From contig NC_047083.1 in the NCBI RefSeq assembly GCF_902459465.1, forward strand, positions 186,001-250,000: a stretch of DNA of 64,000 bases, written 5' to 3'. This stretch comes from Asterias rubens. Taxonomy: Eukaryota. This document shows, one piece after another, positions 1 through 13,437 of this stretch; positions within the stretch are counted from its first letter, which is position 1, and the number at the start of each line of letters is the position of its first letter. Position numbers and translations under genes: made by a program. The notes beneath the pieces are model-generated. The model was not told the origin of the DNA, searched no databases, and saw only the letters and a program-made list of their open reading frames with translations.

Positions 1-83
1 TAAACAAACATAAAGACAACAAATTAAAATGATTAGGTTTGGGGGGAAGTTGACCTGTTTGGTTAATAAATGGAGGCATTAGT

Positions 84-412
84 GGTTACCATGGATTGGG
101 GGTAACTATGGATAGATGGTTGCTATGGAATGTTACAATAAATGGATTAAAACTATGGGTACATGGTTGCTATGGATAGGTTGTCATGATGGATAGATGG
201 TTGCTAAGGAAGGTTACTATAAATGGATTTAACTATGTATACATGGTTGCTATGGATGTGTGGTAACTATGGATAGATGGTTGCTATGGATTGGTGGTAA
301 CTATGGATAGATGGTTACTATGGATTGGTGGTAACTATGGCTATGTGGTTGCTATGGGTAGGAAGGTACTACAAATATGTCATTGCTCTGGATGGGTGGT
401 TGCTATGGGTAC
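84..412. repeat. Degenerate minisatellite (GGTTGCTATGGATAGAT / GGTAACTATGGAT units)
   Basis: Many imperfect copies visible directly. Confidence 0.85.
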
Positions 413-447
413 GGTGGAGATAACTATTTGAAGTTTCTTTGGATCAC

Positions 448-3400
448 CTTGCGTCTCTCTTCATCTTCATTATTGTTCTCCTCTTCCTGTTCAATCTCGT
501 CTCTAGATGGACTGTCAGCCTGTTGACAAGAGTATGACAATGACAATGACAATGACAACAACATAAATGACAAACCTGCAATCAGATGTATTCAAATGTC
601 AAATGATGATGTAATGACAAAGAGAAAATGGTTATCAAAATGGAAAGATGACAATGTCAATGATATTGAAATAATGACAAAAATGACAATGACAGTGACA
701 ATTGTAACATTGTATTAGTGGTAAAACAAGGATAATGAAGTCAGCATGTAAGGTATTGCAGCTGCCAAACAAATGATAAAGCATTTACAACCCGTTTATA
801 AGAAAAATGTGATCAAAGAATGAGATAAAATTAATTTTTGTGACTGTGACAAAGCTAATTTTCCAAGAACAACTTTTATTTTGTATAGAAATATTTTGCA
901 GTGACACCGTGTTGATAACTCTCTTTCGAGTAGTGGTGGTTCTGAGAAATATCTGAGGGTTCAATGTTTCTGACAGTATACTCTCTCCGTCGTCAGGAGA
1001 CCGATAGAGACAACACTCTTCATCGTCAGGTGATGACAGACGGAGAATGTTGAGCCCTCCGCTTCTTCTCAGAACCACCGTCACTCCAAAAAGATTTATT
1101 TACATGCTATCACTGAAACCATTTTTTTTTTCCTTCAGTGAAGTGGTCGTTGGGAGGGTGTACTCACTTCATCATTTTCTACAACTGGTTCTGGCTCTGG
1201 TTCTGGTTGACGTTCTGGTTCTGGAGCTGGTTCAGGAACTCCCTCCTCTTCTCGTTGTCTTCTTTCTCTTCTTTCTCTCCTCCGTCTCTCAGCGTCTGTC
1301 TCCTCAGTAGGACCATTTGTTTCTATTGTTTCCGATTCACCTGCGTCCAGTCTAATTTAAATAATTAATTGACGAGCCAAAATGTAAATGAGGATTTTAG
1401 AATTTCAAAGTTGTTAAGAAGTTTGACGAGTTTCAGTACAGGAAAAAAAAAACACTTTTTGAGATATGGAGGACACTATATGAGTACACTGTTTGGGCGT
1501 AAACAGACAAATTTACCCAAACCTAATAGTATAGTGTCCATTGTATCTCAAATTGGCTTATAGTATGAAAAGAGAAAATGGAATGAAGACCAATTCATTT
1601 CACAACTGTATATTGAATTTCATTATCACAAGAAACAAAAACATGCAAAAATTCAGTGTATATATATATAAATGGAAAGGGAAAGAGCATTCACTTGTAG
1701 TTCTGAACTGTTCTTTTGACCATCACTCAATCACATGCAATTATCCAAAGTAGTAGCACATAATAGACATGTGTATTTTGAGGAACGGAAGATAGAACAA
1801 CGCCAACATTTCAAATACATATTTCAAATAACTTCAAAATTGCGTCCAGGATTTCCAGAATCCTATTCATCAGTTAAAAGTTCAATCACACAAAAATCAT
1901 GCTTCAAAGTGTAAGTTTCACTCATGATTAAATCTTATTAATAAATCAAGAATACATGAAACTGCATGTTAAAATTAGAAACAGAAAGCACAATACACAA
2001 AGCACAAATATACATAACTTTGAGAACTTCCTGTAACTTGAGTAACACAACTCTTGGGTTACAACATCTGTAATTCAAATTATGTCATAGGTTGAATAGG
2101 ACCAGAAATAATACTGAACAATAAAACAACAGCATTATTAACAAGGAAGTATTGCATACCTGGAATTCAATCTTTGAGAGGGCAAGGCAAATTTCAATTT
2201 GCAAAGGGTGAACTTTCACCGACAACTCTCACGAATTTATGAGGCACTTGTTGAATAATTATTGACAGGTTGTCGCTGGTCATGTTTTTAAAAACTATTT
2301 CCATGTTTGCAAGAGAAAACTATTGAAAATAGAAAGTTTGAGTATGGATTTGCATTGATAAAAAGTTATTGCCATACTAATTATAAGTTTTTTAAAGAGT
2401 TTTAGAAAATAAATTGTAAAATTTTAACTGGTGTTCAGAGGAAAGTCATTGTGAAAATTCGATTTTCTTCAAAGACAGGCTGTGTCTGAATTAATGGCTG
2501 TGGAAGTGGCTGTGGCTAGGTTGTTGAAAGCCAATTATTCATAGTTGTAGCCAACGGCTATAGCCACGGCTAAAGCCACTATAAAGCCACTTAATTCAGA
2601 CATGGCAAACTATTTACATTTAATGGTTAAACAAAAAACCAAAAAGTGTTAAATACACGCACAATTCTCTTTTCCGTCTTCTGTTTTCTCGTCTCATTCT
2701 TAGCTCTTCCAGTTGCCGATCCACCTCCTCTGGATTTCCATTCTCCAATGCTGCTCTGAAGAAGTTAGAGACAAACAAGGAACCAATACAATCATGCAAC
2801 ACACAAGGTCTGATACTTCATTCTTCTAAGGACTTTCTCATGTCATGGCCGAGTGGTCTAGTTCACCAGACTCAAGCTCTGGTGTTGTCAGCAGCAGAGT
2901 GTGGGTTCGAACCTCGGTCATGACACTTGTACCCTTGAGCAAGGCACTTAACCACAATTACTTCTTAATGAGTTGGGAGGGTAGGAAATTACCTCCAATG
3001 CCTCCATGAAGTATCAGACATGCACACTGTTGTTAGCACAGCAATCATAATGCATCCAATTTATCAGAACATTATTTTTATAAATATTTAAGTATTCAAG
3101 TTGACAGCATATTCAAAACAACACAGTAATGTATGTGTACGTATATCGAATATGTGTCCAAGTTCATTACAAAGTATGAGACCACTGTCCTACAGTTATG
3201 TGGACCAGAATAAAACAAACTTTTCTTCTTTGGAACATTTTAAGAAGCAATAAAGCAGAGGGAATTTCCCTCAATATCACTTGGAGTCCAAGCCTCGCCT
3301 TATCCTCCTCCTCTCTCATCATTTTATCCAGTGAACCATTAGTTGGCACAACAGTCTCAAATAATAAGGAGGCTCAGCCACATCTTTTCATATGGGCCTA

Positions 3401-4177
3401 CAAGGGACGATCCCTTCACACCAAAGCGGCCAACAAACATCAATCAAGGGTTAAAATGCAAAGCAAACAGTATTCAATATTAAGTCAACATGCCCAGTGA
3501 CACACTCAAAATATTAATAACAAATCTGACAAAGAACGTTTTAATGACAAACGTAAACATTTGGATTGTGAGTAGACCAGGTCAAGTAAACGTCTCTCCA
3601 AACAAACACCGACTAGTTTATAATTAAGCATACTAACGCCCTTACTATAGATCTGTTTACACTACATGGCAAATTCCCATCCCTGGGGAACTCCTTGGGG
3701 ATTTTAACCTCACTGTCACCCCATGTTCGTTTGAAGCCCATTACACATAACAGCAATTTAGCAGGGGTCCTTTGCTTTATTTTAGCATGGTTGCAGAGGT
3801 TTACTAATTGCACTTTGTGTGAAAGGACAATCAGTGATTGGACTGTCCAAGGTCCTCTGTGAAATCTTCTCAACCATTGCTTAATTTTGTCAGAGGTCCA
3901 ACTAAAACAAATTGTACAAGGGGGAAATCCAATTTTTGGAAGGACCTTTTAAAATAACTTTTGGAATCATTGTATAATAAGTTGCTTATTTTTAGTTGTG
4001 TTGCACTTTGTGAACAATCACAACCAATTTAAAGTCATTAAAAGGTTTCCTACACACATGCTGAATGATTCTAATATTTAAATGAATTTATCATGGCTGT
4101 TCTATTTACTTCTCTGCCTCCCTCTTCCTTCTTCTCTCCTCTCGACGGCGAGCTCTTTCATCCATCTCCTCATCCAT
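448..4177 (-). CDS. Glu/Arg-rich low-complexity protein, N-terminal part (caldesmon/smoothelin-like composition); probably continues past the left edge
   Basis: Coding exons 4177-4110, 2755-2663, 1351-1168 and 519-448 have GT-AG ends and matching phases (2,2,0). They give MDEEMDERARRREERRRKREAEKAALENGNPEEVDRQLEELRMRRENRRRKRELLDAGESE...ERRRRERRERRQREEEGVPEPAPEPERQPEPEPEPVVENDEADSPSRDEIEQEEENNNEDEERRK. The ATG has a strong Kozak context (AAGATGG). The last donor (AAG|GTGATC) is weak; read-through would stop at 424-426. Family is not identified. Confidence 0.72.
533..705. repeat. Degenerate (ATGACA)n simple repeat
   Basis: Visible ATGACA/AATGAC runs. Confidence 0.75.
921..1095. mobile_element. 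Palindromic Penelope-like terminal-repeat relic
   Basis: Inverted ends CTCTTTCGAGTAGTGGTGGTTCTGAGAA / TTCTCAGAACCACCGTCACTCCAAAAAGA. Related pieces lie at about 22540-22650, 31690-31780, 40390-40525, 49425-49510, 55605-55680, 56370-56400 and 62057-62125. The class assignment rests on hammerhead-like CTGANGA..GAAAC remnants. Confidence 0.55.
2482..2603. mobile_element. MITE
   Basis: TIRs GTGTCTGAATTAATGGCT / AGCCACTTAATTCAGACAT with internal GGCTGT/AGCCAC repeats. Confidence 0.6.
2841..2965 (+). mobile_element. tRNA-derived SINE (truncated)
   Basis: A box TGGCCGAGTGG, B box GGTTCGAACC, then CORE-like CCCTTGAGCAAGGCACTTAACC. Related copies at 50157-50420 (+) and about 32170-32280 (-). Confidence 0.75.
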
Positions 4178-4364
4178 CTTGAATTTATAAGGAGGGAATA
4201 AGGCCTGGGAAATATGTAAACAAAAACAACAACAAAACAACAAAGGTTAGTATCTTTGAATCTTTAAAAAGTCTAGGTGCCCTTTTCCAAGTTCCAATAC
4301 AAATGTTAAGGCCTGTAAAGGGGTAACAATTTAAAATTTAAAAAAGTTATATTTTGCTCAAGAG

Positions 4365-4509
4365 TTAAGCCCGGTTTACACTTCCGAATGCCAATGCGAT
4401 GCGGATTTTGACGTCACAGCTCCATTTTTCGCTGTGAATATTTTGCAGGAGTTGAACACAGCTAAACTCTATTGCATTCTCATTCAGAGGAAGTATGAGC
4501 CAGGCTTAA
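4365..4509. mobile_element. MITE, PIF/Harbinger-like ends
   Basis: TIRs TTAAGCCCGGTTTACACTTCC / GGAAGTATGAGCCAGGCTTAA. Same family at about 23925-24042 and 62955-63134, with a fragment near 21108. Confidence 0.7.
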
Positions 4510-5463
4510 GTTTAAAATTCAAAGGTTCTCTTTCAATGAAGTCAGACACACAATTTCAGAGTATGAATTGTCAGACTATGATCAGGCCACTCTGGGAATC
4601 CTTCTGCCATGGCTACATCATTCACTTGAGTGATCCAATCCACCCAGCATGTAATCATACCCAACCTCTACAGTGGGTTTATAGCTCCATAGTTCCACCA
4701 TAAACCCATACAACCAACCAAGCCTGCAATGCAACCCTACAATGCCCAGCAGCAAGGCCAAATCCTTGCCCAATGAATAGGAAATGTTTATTGTTCACAT
4801 GTTATGTTGTGATTCCCAATTCAGATCTAACACCATAGTACTACCAGTTTGATGGGTAGAAGGGGATTTTAAGTGACTTGTAGATTAAACGAAATGTAAT
4901 GAGGAAGAAATTCATTCATTATACATTGGATGGAATGCAATCTCATTCTTCTTGGGACAAGGCCACCATCCCAAAAGAAAAACAGCCCTTCCAAACGGTT
5001 ATCTGTTCAAGACAAACATTTTAAGGGGTCTCTTGTAGGGCTTTTTTATACATGTAAAAGATAACAAGCACCAATATCCCAGCGAGAGACATTTCTATCT
5101 CAAATAATAAAGTACAAAAGTCAAGCAAACGGCATTCAAACAAAACTATTCCTCCATAAGTCAAAGATGTAGGCCTTCTTATTTTCCTTTAAATTAAAGG
5201 CCAGAGTTTAATCGCATCTCCACTGCTGAGTGACTTCTGATATTTTAAAACAACTTAATGAGGCTTCAAGAATATCCCAATTTAAGTCAAGTAAAGAACG
5301 GAACAGCCTGCTAATGATTGGTAAATGTCAACAGTGGTACAAGTAACATTGTGGCACTGTGCTAATGCAACTATGTGTGTCTGCTGTCTCTTCTCAGACA
5401 GAGTTCAGGAACATAAAATATTAACTCAGTGAATTATTTGTTTATAAACCAGAACAAAATGTG

Positions 5464-5655
5464 CAGGCCTCAAAATAGCCGTAGACACTCACAGCAATTG
5501 CTGTGGTGCATTGCGCTTTTGCTGTGGTGCATTGCGCTTTTGCTGTGGTGCCCTTTGCAAAGTTCCAAATACAAATAATTTACATTTGCCTCATAGAAAT
5601 GCCCCTTACCAGAGGAAAATTGCTGTGCCCCGTCAAGAGGGGATTTCAAGGCCTG
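5464..5655. mobile_element. Non-autonomous hAT-like element
   Basis: Ends CAGGCC...GGCCTG with 8-bp flanks AAAATGTG/AAAATGTC (TSD 7/8) and an internal 21-bp tandem duplication. Relatives at about 7020-7225, 51285-51350, 55300-55570 and 56663-56828. Confidence 0.72.
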
Positions 5656-8600
5656 AAAATGTCAGCATGTGCATCCATGGGGAGAACTTTGGTCCAGAAG
5701 TCTCTAAAAACAATTCCTCCTAAACAGACACTCAAAACATAACGGACAAAGCTTGACTGTTTTTCATAATACTTGGGGACAAGTTTCGGACCTGATTATG
5801 AAATTCTTATGGGCAAGGCACTCTTCCTTTTGTGTAGAGCACCTTTAAATCCCAGCAGAATAATTCAAGGTGCACCAAGCAAGGTAAGGACTACATTGCC
5901 TCGCTCCAGTCAGGCCTGTATTTAAAACCACATGGGAAGAAAGTCTTTGGTTCATCACTACTGAGTTGACAGCAAGAGATAAAAAAGACATCAATGAGTT
6001 GGCAAGGATATACAGGAAGCAATTAAAATACTTGAAATAGGAGGAGATAAATGAGAATACTTAATAGCAAAGACAGGACACTGTAAAGATACAAGTACAA
6101 GTGTTGTCAAGTTCTAAACTTTTAAATCTGGTTAAGTGGTAGGTAAAAATATTGGAGGGCTAAAACCATAGGTAAACTAATCCTTAGACAGATCAGCGGG
6201 GATTTAATGTAGTTTGGAATATCAAAAAGGGTGGTGCAATATTTCAAGTTACATCATTAAAAACACATTACATAGAGTCCTGAGAACACCACATTGAAAC
6301 TCAGAGATGGACAATAATTTTTTTCTAAAACTGAGGCTTCGACTTTGGTTCCTCATCACAGGCTTCGTCAGTTAAACCTACTTTGAAATATGTGCTTGCG
6401 AAGTTGTGGTATGTAGCTTTAGATATGGTTGACAAACCCTAACCTACAACTGAACCATGGTTTCAATAAACCCTAGTAAGAGGACCGAACAAGACCTAGA
6501 AAAGACATGAGTAAATAAACATCAATTTTTGCAAATAGTACATGTACATGGTGAAAGGTCTTCCTTTCTGTATTGTGAGAGAGTTCAAGTTTGTAGAATG
6601 TCAACCATTCTAGAGTTTTGATTACATAATATACCCTCGAACTCTGTTATGATTCTAAAGAGTTGTGCTCCATAAATCAGTTATAGTTTACATAATCACT
6701 GACCCTCAACATTATATACAATGCTGATTGGGGTGTTTCTAGTTTATTGAGCTGGTCCCTTGACGTCCTTTAACCTTTTGTAGAGACATGACATACCTTA
6801 CATACCAAGACTGCCAGTCAGTTCATAGCTAAGGAGGCAAATTGAATGGGGGTGCCCCAGTCACTCATGGTTGATACTTGTGTATATAAAACACTGTCTT
6901 GTATACAAAACCCAGGATGCAAGAATAAGTGTTTTACTGTGGTGTATACAAAGATCATTCCCACTGTTAAACCATGGAGGTAGAATTCCCATGGCTCCAT
7001 GGTAAATCAGACTGAAAAATATATAAATGTCCATTGTTTGAGGCTGAAACAAATTTAGGGCTTAAATTTTTTTCAAGAAGGGCACAGCAATTTTCCTCTG
7101 TTATATGAGCACTGCTAACTTTGGAAAATTGAAAATTGTATTGAACCTTTGCAAAGGGCACCACAGCAAAAACATAGGGCACCACGGCAATTGCTGTGGG
7201 TGCCATGGGTTATTTTGAAGCCTGCAAATTCCACATACTTTTATTCAGATTCTCTCAAATCAATTGACATTACTCTCTTCCATAACACAATCTTATGAAC
7301 TGACCACAGCTTTCTTCTTTTTAAGCCACAAGAGAAGATTATCAGAGATTTTGTGGCTTTGGTTGGGTTGAAACATCAGGCTACTATTAACTATTTTGTT
7401 GCATTTATAACATAGGTAATTTTTGTTGGTCAGCAGTTTCCAATATCTAATTCTATTTTCTCTTTAAGATTTAAAAGGTTAGGGAATGGAGAGATCTTGT
7501 TCAAGATCCAACATCTAACAGGATCTTTCAACTTGTAATTGTTACAAATATGAACAGTAAACTAACCAGAGATAGAAACAAAGTCAAGAAAGTGATATTT
7601 TATACTCAGAAAACCAAACTTGATCGGCCTTTTACAAAGAGTAGTTTGAACCAATTAAATGGTTCACTGCAACTGAGTAAACCAAGATTCTTTGTTGGAT
7701 TTATTTTCATTATTGATACCTCAGGGGCGAGAGTCATTGCCGACAAAAAAAGTATGAAACTAGGATCCAAGTGTTTTGAGGTATGTTGAAATGTTCCACC
7801 TTTTGGTAATCCCTGGAGTTTATATTTTATAGAGTTTTTAAAAACAGTGTCCTTAGCACTAGAAAGTAGATCAAAGACTAGTACTTGTTTTTATGTGGAT
7901 AAAAAGACAGTTGATTTTTTTCACCAGACCATTTTAATAAGTCTGAATTCAGATAAAAATCTAAAATATTCTAGTCGCAAAGATCGTAGGTCATAGAGGA
8001 AAATGGAGAGTTATGACCATCGCAATCGCAACTAGAAATATCCAATCCCTGTACATTTCTCTAAATCCTGAACTTCATGACCTTGTTACATTCGATTTAT
8101 CATCCAGCCTGGATGACTCCAAGCGCCTCTTTACGGTTGGTGTAAACTTCAACATTTCCATCAAATATTAGACACACCCTGTCCGGTGTATTGAAAAGGG
8201 AATCGGGTTTCCACAATAGGTTTGAGGGTATGTTTCTAAGTGATCGGATAAAACTATGTCACAATTGACCTTAAGGTCAGAGATATAATTCATGGAGTTT
8301 CTCACTGTATCGTTCCACTCAGTGCAAACACAGCAATATGGTTCAAGTCAATAGACTGTTTTGTTATCATTTTGAAATTCAGACGAACAAACGCCAGAAG
8401 TTCACTGTCCAAAACTCCAAAAACTGTCCATTAACTGCTACATTTTGCAAACCACAAAACTGATTTTTCTCTTTTCATCATGATCTCACATTTTACTTTA
8501 TAAAACAATGAAACATAATTTATAAAAACAAAAGACACGTTTGATTTTGCTCGAAATTTGGTTCAAATTTATGTCTAAGAATGGCAGGCCTCGAAATAAC

Positions 8601-10359
8601 CCAAGTATACATTAAATAAATAGCACTCTACTCAGGTGAAAGTAAAGTATGGCTGACAAAAAGTCAGAAATTCAACAACAACAAATCAATAAAGAAAAAT
8701 ACCAAAAAGTTCATGGGTTAAATTTAATCCAAATCTAAAGCATAAAAACTCAGTCATTTTATGATACGGGTCAAGAAATTACAGGGTGCAATTTGGATAA
8801 AAATTTGATAACAGGTTCTGACGTGTGTGGGAACAGAACAGAAAAACTGTAAACAGGTAACTGCACTTACTGACTCCAAGCTAGTCCTACCCTTGATTGA
8901 TCTGTGGGTTACTTATTGACAGGCAGTCATCATAGTGTGTTAGCTAGAGGGTGTCTGGGTGTCTTTTTCACACCCTGTTTTAAATTTTGACACCCTGTTT
9001 TATCTGTCATTCACATATGATGTAAATTGTAAGTGAACAATTTCGACACCTCAGTTTTTAAATGTCCAGCACATTTGGATCCTTTTCAGATCTAGAATTT
9101 CATCTTTAAAAGAGAAAGCCATTTTCATTTTTCAGAGCGCATTTCCATTGGAAAATCTTTAAGTCAAAGGGAAACTTTTGAAGAGGCACCAAGGTCAAGA
9201 ACAGGGGCAACGGAGGCCATTGCCTCTGCTTAGGCCTGCCATGGGCCTGCATGTAATTCTAGGCCAGTGATCTAGCAAAAACGTAGTAGCAAGCTGTTAC
9301 CAGTTTACTTTCTGATAACATAGTTATAAATACCCAAGACAGTTTAAATCCATTCTAATTGATTGCAAGGATATCACATTAGTGCCATGATGGAACGCAT
9401 AGTATAGACATGGTTGGTAAAAACTATTCAAACACATGCTAGTCAGCTGGCACGCCAGCTTACGCGGGTGCTAATTTACAAGTAACACAATCAATACACA
9501 GTGGTAGTGCTTACTACTCAATGCATAATCTATGAAGAATGTGAGCCTATACCCTCAACTGTTGCTAGGGTCATAATGCAATTGACCCTCCACGAAACAG
9601 ATTCCATCTATAAAACGGAGAGGATTTACAGATTTTCTTAATAAATTTTTCAACAAAAAGGGCATTTTTAAAAGAGTAGTGACTCGGTCTTAAAATCTTG
9701 CAGGGTGGCTGCGCACTAAAAGGACTTTCCCTTCGGCCCATTCCATATATCGAATGGCCACAACCCTACCTGTTTTAAAGTCTGTAAAAAGTCTGTCGCC
9801 CGCTCTTTCAATCCATTCAATCTCCTCATTTCTTGGACACCAAGGAAGGGGTTTAAACTTAAGCAGAATTTTGAGTAAGTTTTTACTTGAATTGAATGTC
9901 AAGCAAATCTCACATCAAAATGGCAGTTTACTAATACCAATTCCCTTTAGAGCGAAACCATGCTGAGAGGTTTTCACCATCAATACATTTTCCATGGAAC
10001 TCTCTCAACCTTCGCCCCCACCTCAAGCAAACTGTCGAAAGTGCTTTGAAATCCATTTCTCTACAAAGACAAGACTGTATAGCCTTAGGCAGTGCATTGT
10101 AAGACATTCATGACACACAGTGTAAATTTGTACAACTTTACTGTAATGTTCAGTATTTACTCACTGCTACAGCCCTAAATGGTCAATCACGATTTCCGTA
10201 TAGTTGATATAAAATACACGTATGGACTGGTAAAAAAGTTAACGAACTTGTGAAATGAGAAAGTAACTGGTTATTCTCCAGCAAGGTCAGTTACTTTTAT
10301 TCACAGGCATCTAACTGCAGTCTGTCACAAAAAAAACAAGTGTCAGGAACAGCTGAACT

Positions 10360-10734
10360 TTAAAGCCATTGGACACTTTCGGTACAGAATTTTTTGTTTA
10401 AGTTCACAGATTTACAAATAACTTACAGGGTTTACAGAAGGTGATGGTGAAAGACGTCTCTTGAAATATTATTCCATGAAATGCTTTACTTTTTGAGAAA
10501 ACATTAAAACAATTATCAATTCTTGATCTCGAGAATTACGGATTTATTTTAAACACATGTCATGACACGGCGAAACGCGCGGAAACAAGGATGGGTTTTC
10601 CAGTTATTTTCTCCCAACTCCGATGACCGATTGAGCAAAAATTTTCACAGGTCTGTTATTTTATATAGAAGTTGTGATACACAAAGTGTAGGCCTTGGAC
10701 AATACTGTTTACCGAAAGTGTCCAATCGCTTTAA
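10360..10734. mobile_element. MITE with 26-bp TIRs
   Basis: TTAAAGCCATTGGACACTTTCGGTA ... TACCGAAAGTGTCCAATCGCTTTAA (1 mismatch), TTAA ends. Confidence 0.85.
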
Positions 10735-12323
10735 TGAAATGGCACAGCTGAGAAACCCAAAACGATGAAATCAACTGAAAATTTGCTAGCCTGTATTTAT
10801 TATTTTACAGTATTAAGGCCAACAAGCAAATACAGTCAACAGTTTACTATTCATATGAAGTGTCCTTGCACAAAAATCTCCCACAGTAAATCAGTTTTTT
10901 AAGTCACAAAGCATATCCAGTAAATTGTTCCCAACAAAAAGCACGATTCATTCCACTCTGCTGAGTAATTTTCCACTTCACTGATCACATTTTGGGAATT
11001 TCTTAGATAATAATATTGTCCATACACAACTCAAAGAGCAACAGTACAATGTGAGTTAAGGTTTAGTACTAAAATTTACAACCAGGAAACACTGAACAGA
11101 AGATTCTGGTTCATTCTCAGCGAGATAGGAGAGGATTTTTTTTTAAATTTACTTAAAAATATATCTACAACATATTTTGGTGGGACTTAACAAATCAGTC
11201 TATTTAGAATTACCAGAAATAATTTGACATTTGTTTCAATTTAATGTGACAACATTTTATATATTGCTACAGTGTTAGTGTACCCACATTTATATTTAAA
11301 AAATAGTAGGAAAACTGAATGGTCACGAGTGGCAAGATGACAATAATGAATTCTAGTACTTTGAGAATATTTGTTTACTTTTTAAACTAGGAAAGTTATC
11401 AATACTTCCGACATTCAATCCATTCAAAAAATAAGGAATTGCCGAGTTGATTCACGAGTTAAAAATATTGAACTTTCCGTTGAATTTGACTCATCATACA
11501 AACCCACAGGAAAGTTTAACTTGTAAATAAGTCCTATTATTATTCAATTTACCTCAATATTTTTCGAGCCCTTTTCTTTTCCAGACTGCTTTATTTTCCC
11601 AATAAATTCCAACTTTATAAGTAACCATTGTGTTTATTGTTTAGTTCAGAGAGTGCATGTGGTACAATGTACATTACATTATACACTTTCAACACAACCT
11701 TTTATGGCTAGCCTAAAAAGGCCACCCCTAGACAAGTGCCATTGACTCCAGGCAATGGAACATACCATTACACTCACAGGTAAGAACTATGGCAAGATAA
11801 AGAGGGTGAAGGTCATTTAGGAGTGAGCCTAGTTCTAAAAAAATTACCACAACATAGGATTCCTAGCTCTTCAAACATTGCAACTTAATCAATCTAAAAA
11901 GTAAATTTGTCTCGTGGTTTATTATTTGATAAATCTTAACATAATTTTTAACTTAAAGTTTGCGATTAATTTTTCTAGTGTCGAAAGTTCTTACGGTGAT
12001 GGAAATTAAAGTTCATCACAACAAAGTTCACTGCAGGTATGACGAATGAACTTTCAGTTTCTATAAATTTAACCAAATTATAAATGCAAAAAAATTAATG
12101 TGGGAAAGGGCATTAAACCGCAAATCAACTATAAATTCATCTTTATCAGTTACAAAATTTAAAATAGCTTTTTAATGAAGTTCAATTTCAGCCACAACCA
12201 GTAGATAAGTTACTGGTAAACTCGTTTTAGAAATAAAAACTGTACACAACAGCAAAATAAAAGAACAGGTAATGGTTTTTTTATTTAACCCTCACAAACT
12301 ATGGAGTTAGGCAAGGAATGAGG

Positions 12324-12403
12324 TAGTTGCGATAACGTATGTAACCCTCCTCCAGAGGAGGGTTACGGCGGCTGTCGGGAGGAGGGTTACGTTATCGCAA
12401 CTA
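12324..12403. mobile_element. 80-bp micro-MITE with 9-bp target-site duplication
   Basis: Perfect GGAATGAGG flanks (12315-12323, 12404-12412); TIR TAGTTGCGATAACGTA / TACGTTATCGCAACTA. Confidence 0.85.
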
Positions 12404-13437
12404 GGAATGAGGCTAGTGTATGGTCTCAATCCTCCAATATCATCTTGTCACTTCACACCAACTTGTATGAACCAAGGAGGTAGAACCTCCATATATGAAC
12501 TAAGATGATTGGGATGCCTTGCCCAGTCCTTCATTTTCCTTCACTATGGAATCTGGCTACTGAAAAATTTGACGACGCTTAGCGCAATTTCATGCTAAGT
12601 ATTCTATTTCTATGCTGGTGTGGTACTCGTTATAAAAAGTTTACTCTACCAATTCAACCAATTCAATGGATAGTATTACCTTTTACCTTTTCTTTTTCTG
12701 ATTTGTGATAAAATGCCAGGGAAATTGTTTGATGAGGGAAGTAAAGTGTGAAATTCATAAATTTCCCGCATTATTACATAATCGTTTTCCACTCAGTCAG
12801 AACTCATCATGTACTTCACTACCAATAAACAAAATTAAACATAAGATTAAAAAACACCAAACCATAGTTTTAATTAATTGCTTATAAAATCCCAACTAAT
12901 TCTGTGGAGCAATGAAGGGTATCAACCCCATACAAAATACTTTATGACAGTTCCTTACCCCCACACTTTATACAATCCAAAATAACCATCCCTATTGCAA
13001 AATGAAACGTTCACAAGTAACACAAACAGACCACACCACGAATACAAAAAAAGACAAATTACAACTCGACATGTTGCCTTAAAATGGCACCAAACGAGTT
13101 TCTAGAGCAGTATACCATGGGCATGATTGGTAGAACAAAACAAAGCTAATCTACTTTTGTTTTTCTACAATGGTGGTCCCTTCATGGCCTAATGAACAAT
13201 TAATGGAATAAATTACTCGCGAGAAAATCATAATAAATCAATGTCATCAAACTTCCCAATCGAGTGTACAGTACTTTGACATCGTAAACTGGGTTCGTGT
13301 ACGCAGTCTTGACTAAACTTCGAAGTTTTTAACAGTTTAATTTCACATTTAGCAGTCCTGACAGCTTCTAAGAATTCACCAATAACATCTGAAAGTTATG
13401 AACTAAACACTGATGGATTTTGAGGAAAAAAGCTTAC

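Noticed and set aside
1047-1310. Plus-strand ORFs such as 1047-1310, 19158-19433, 21469-21843, 24148-24366 and 49813-50193
   Set aside because: They are antisense shadows of real minus-strand exons.
3167-3349. MMREEEDKARLGLQ charged peptide as an extra exon of the ER/K-rich gene
   Set aside because: The flanking exons already join in phase 2, and this segment has no compatible acceptor or phase. It could at most be an alternative start.
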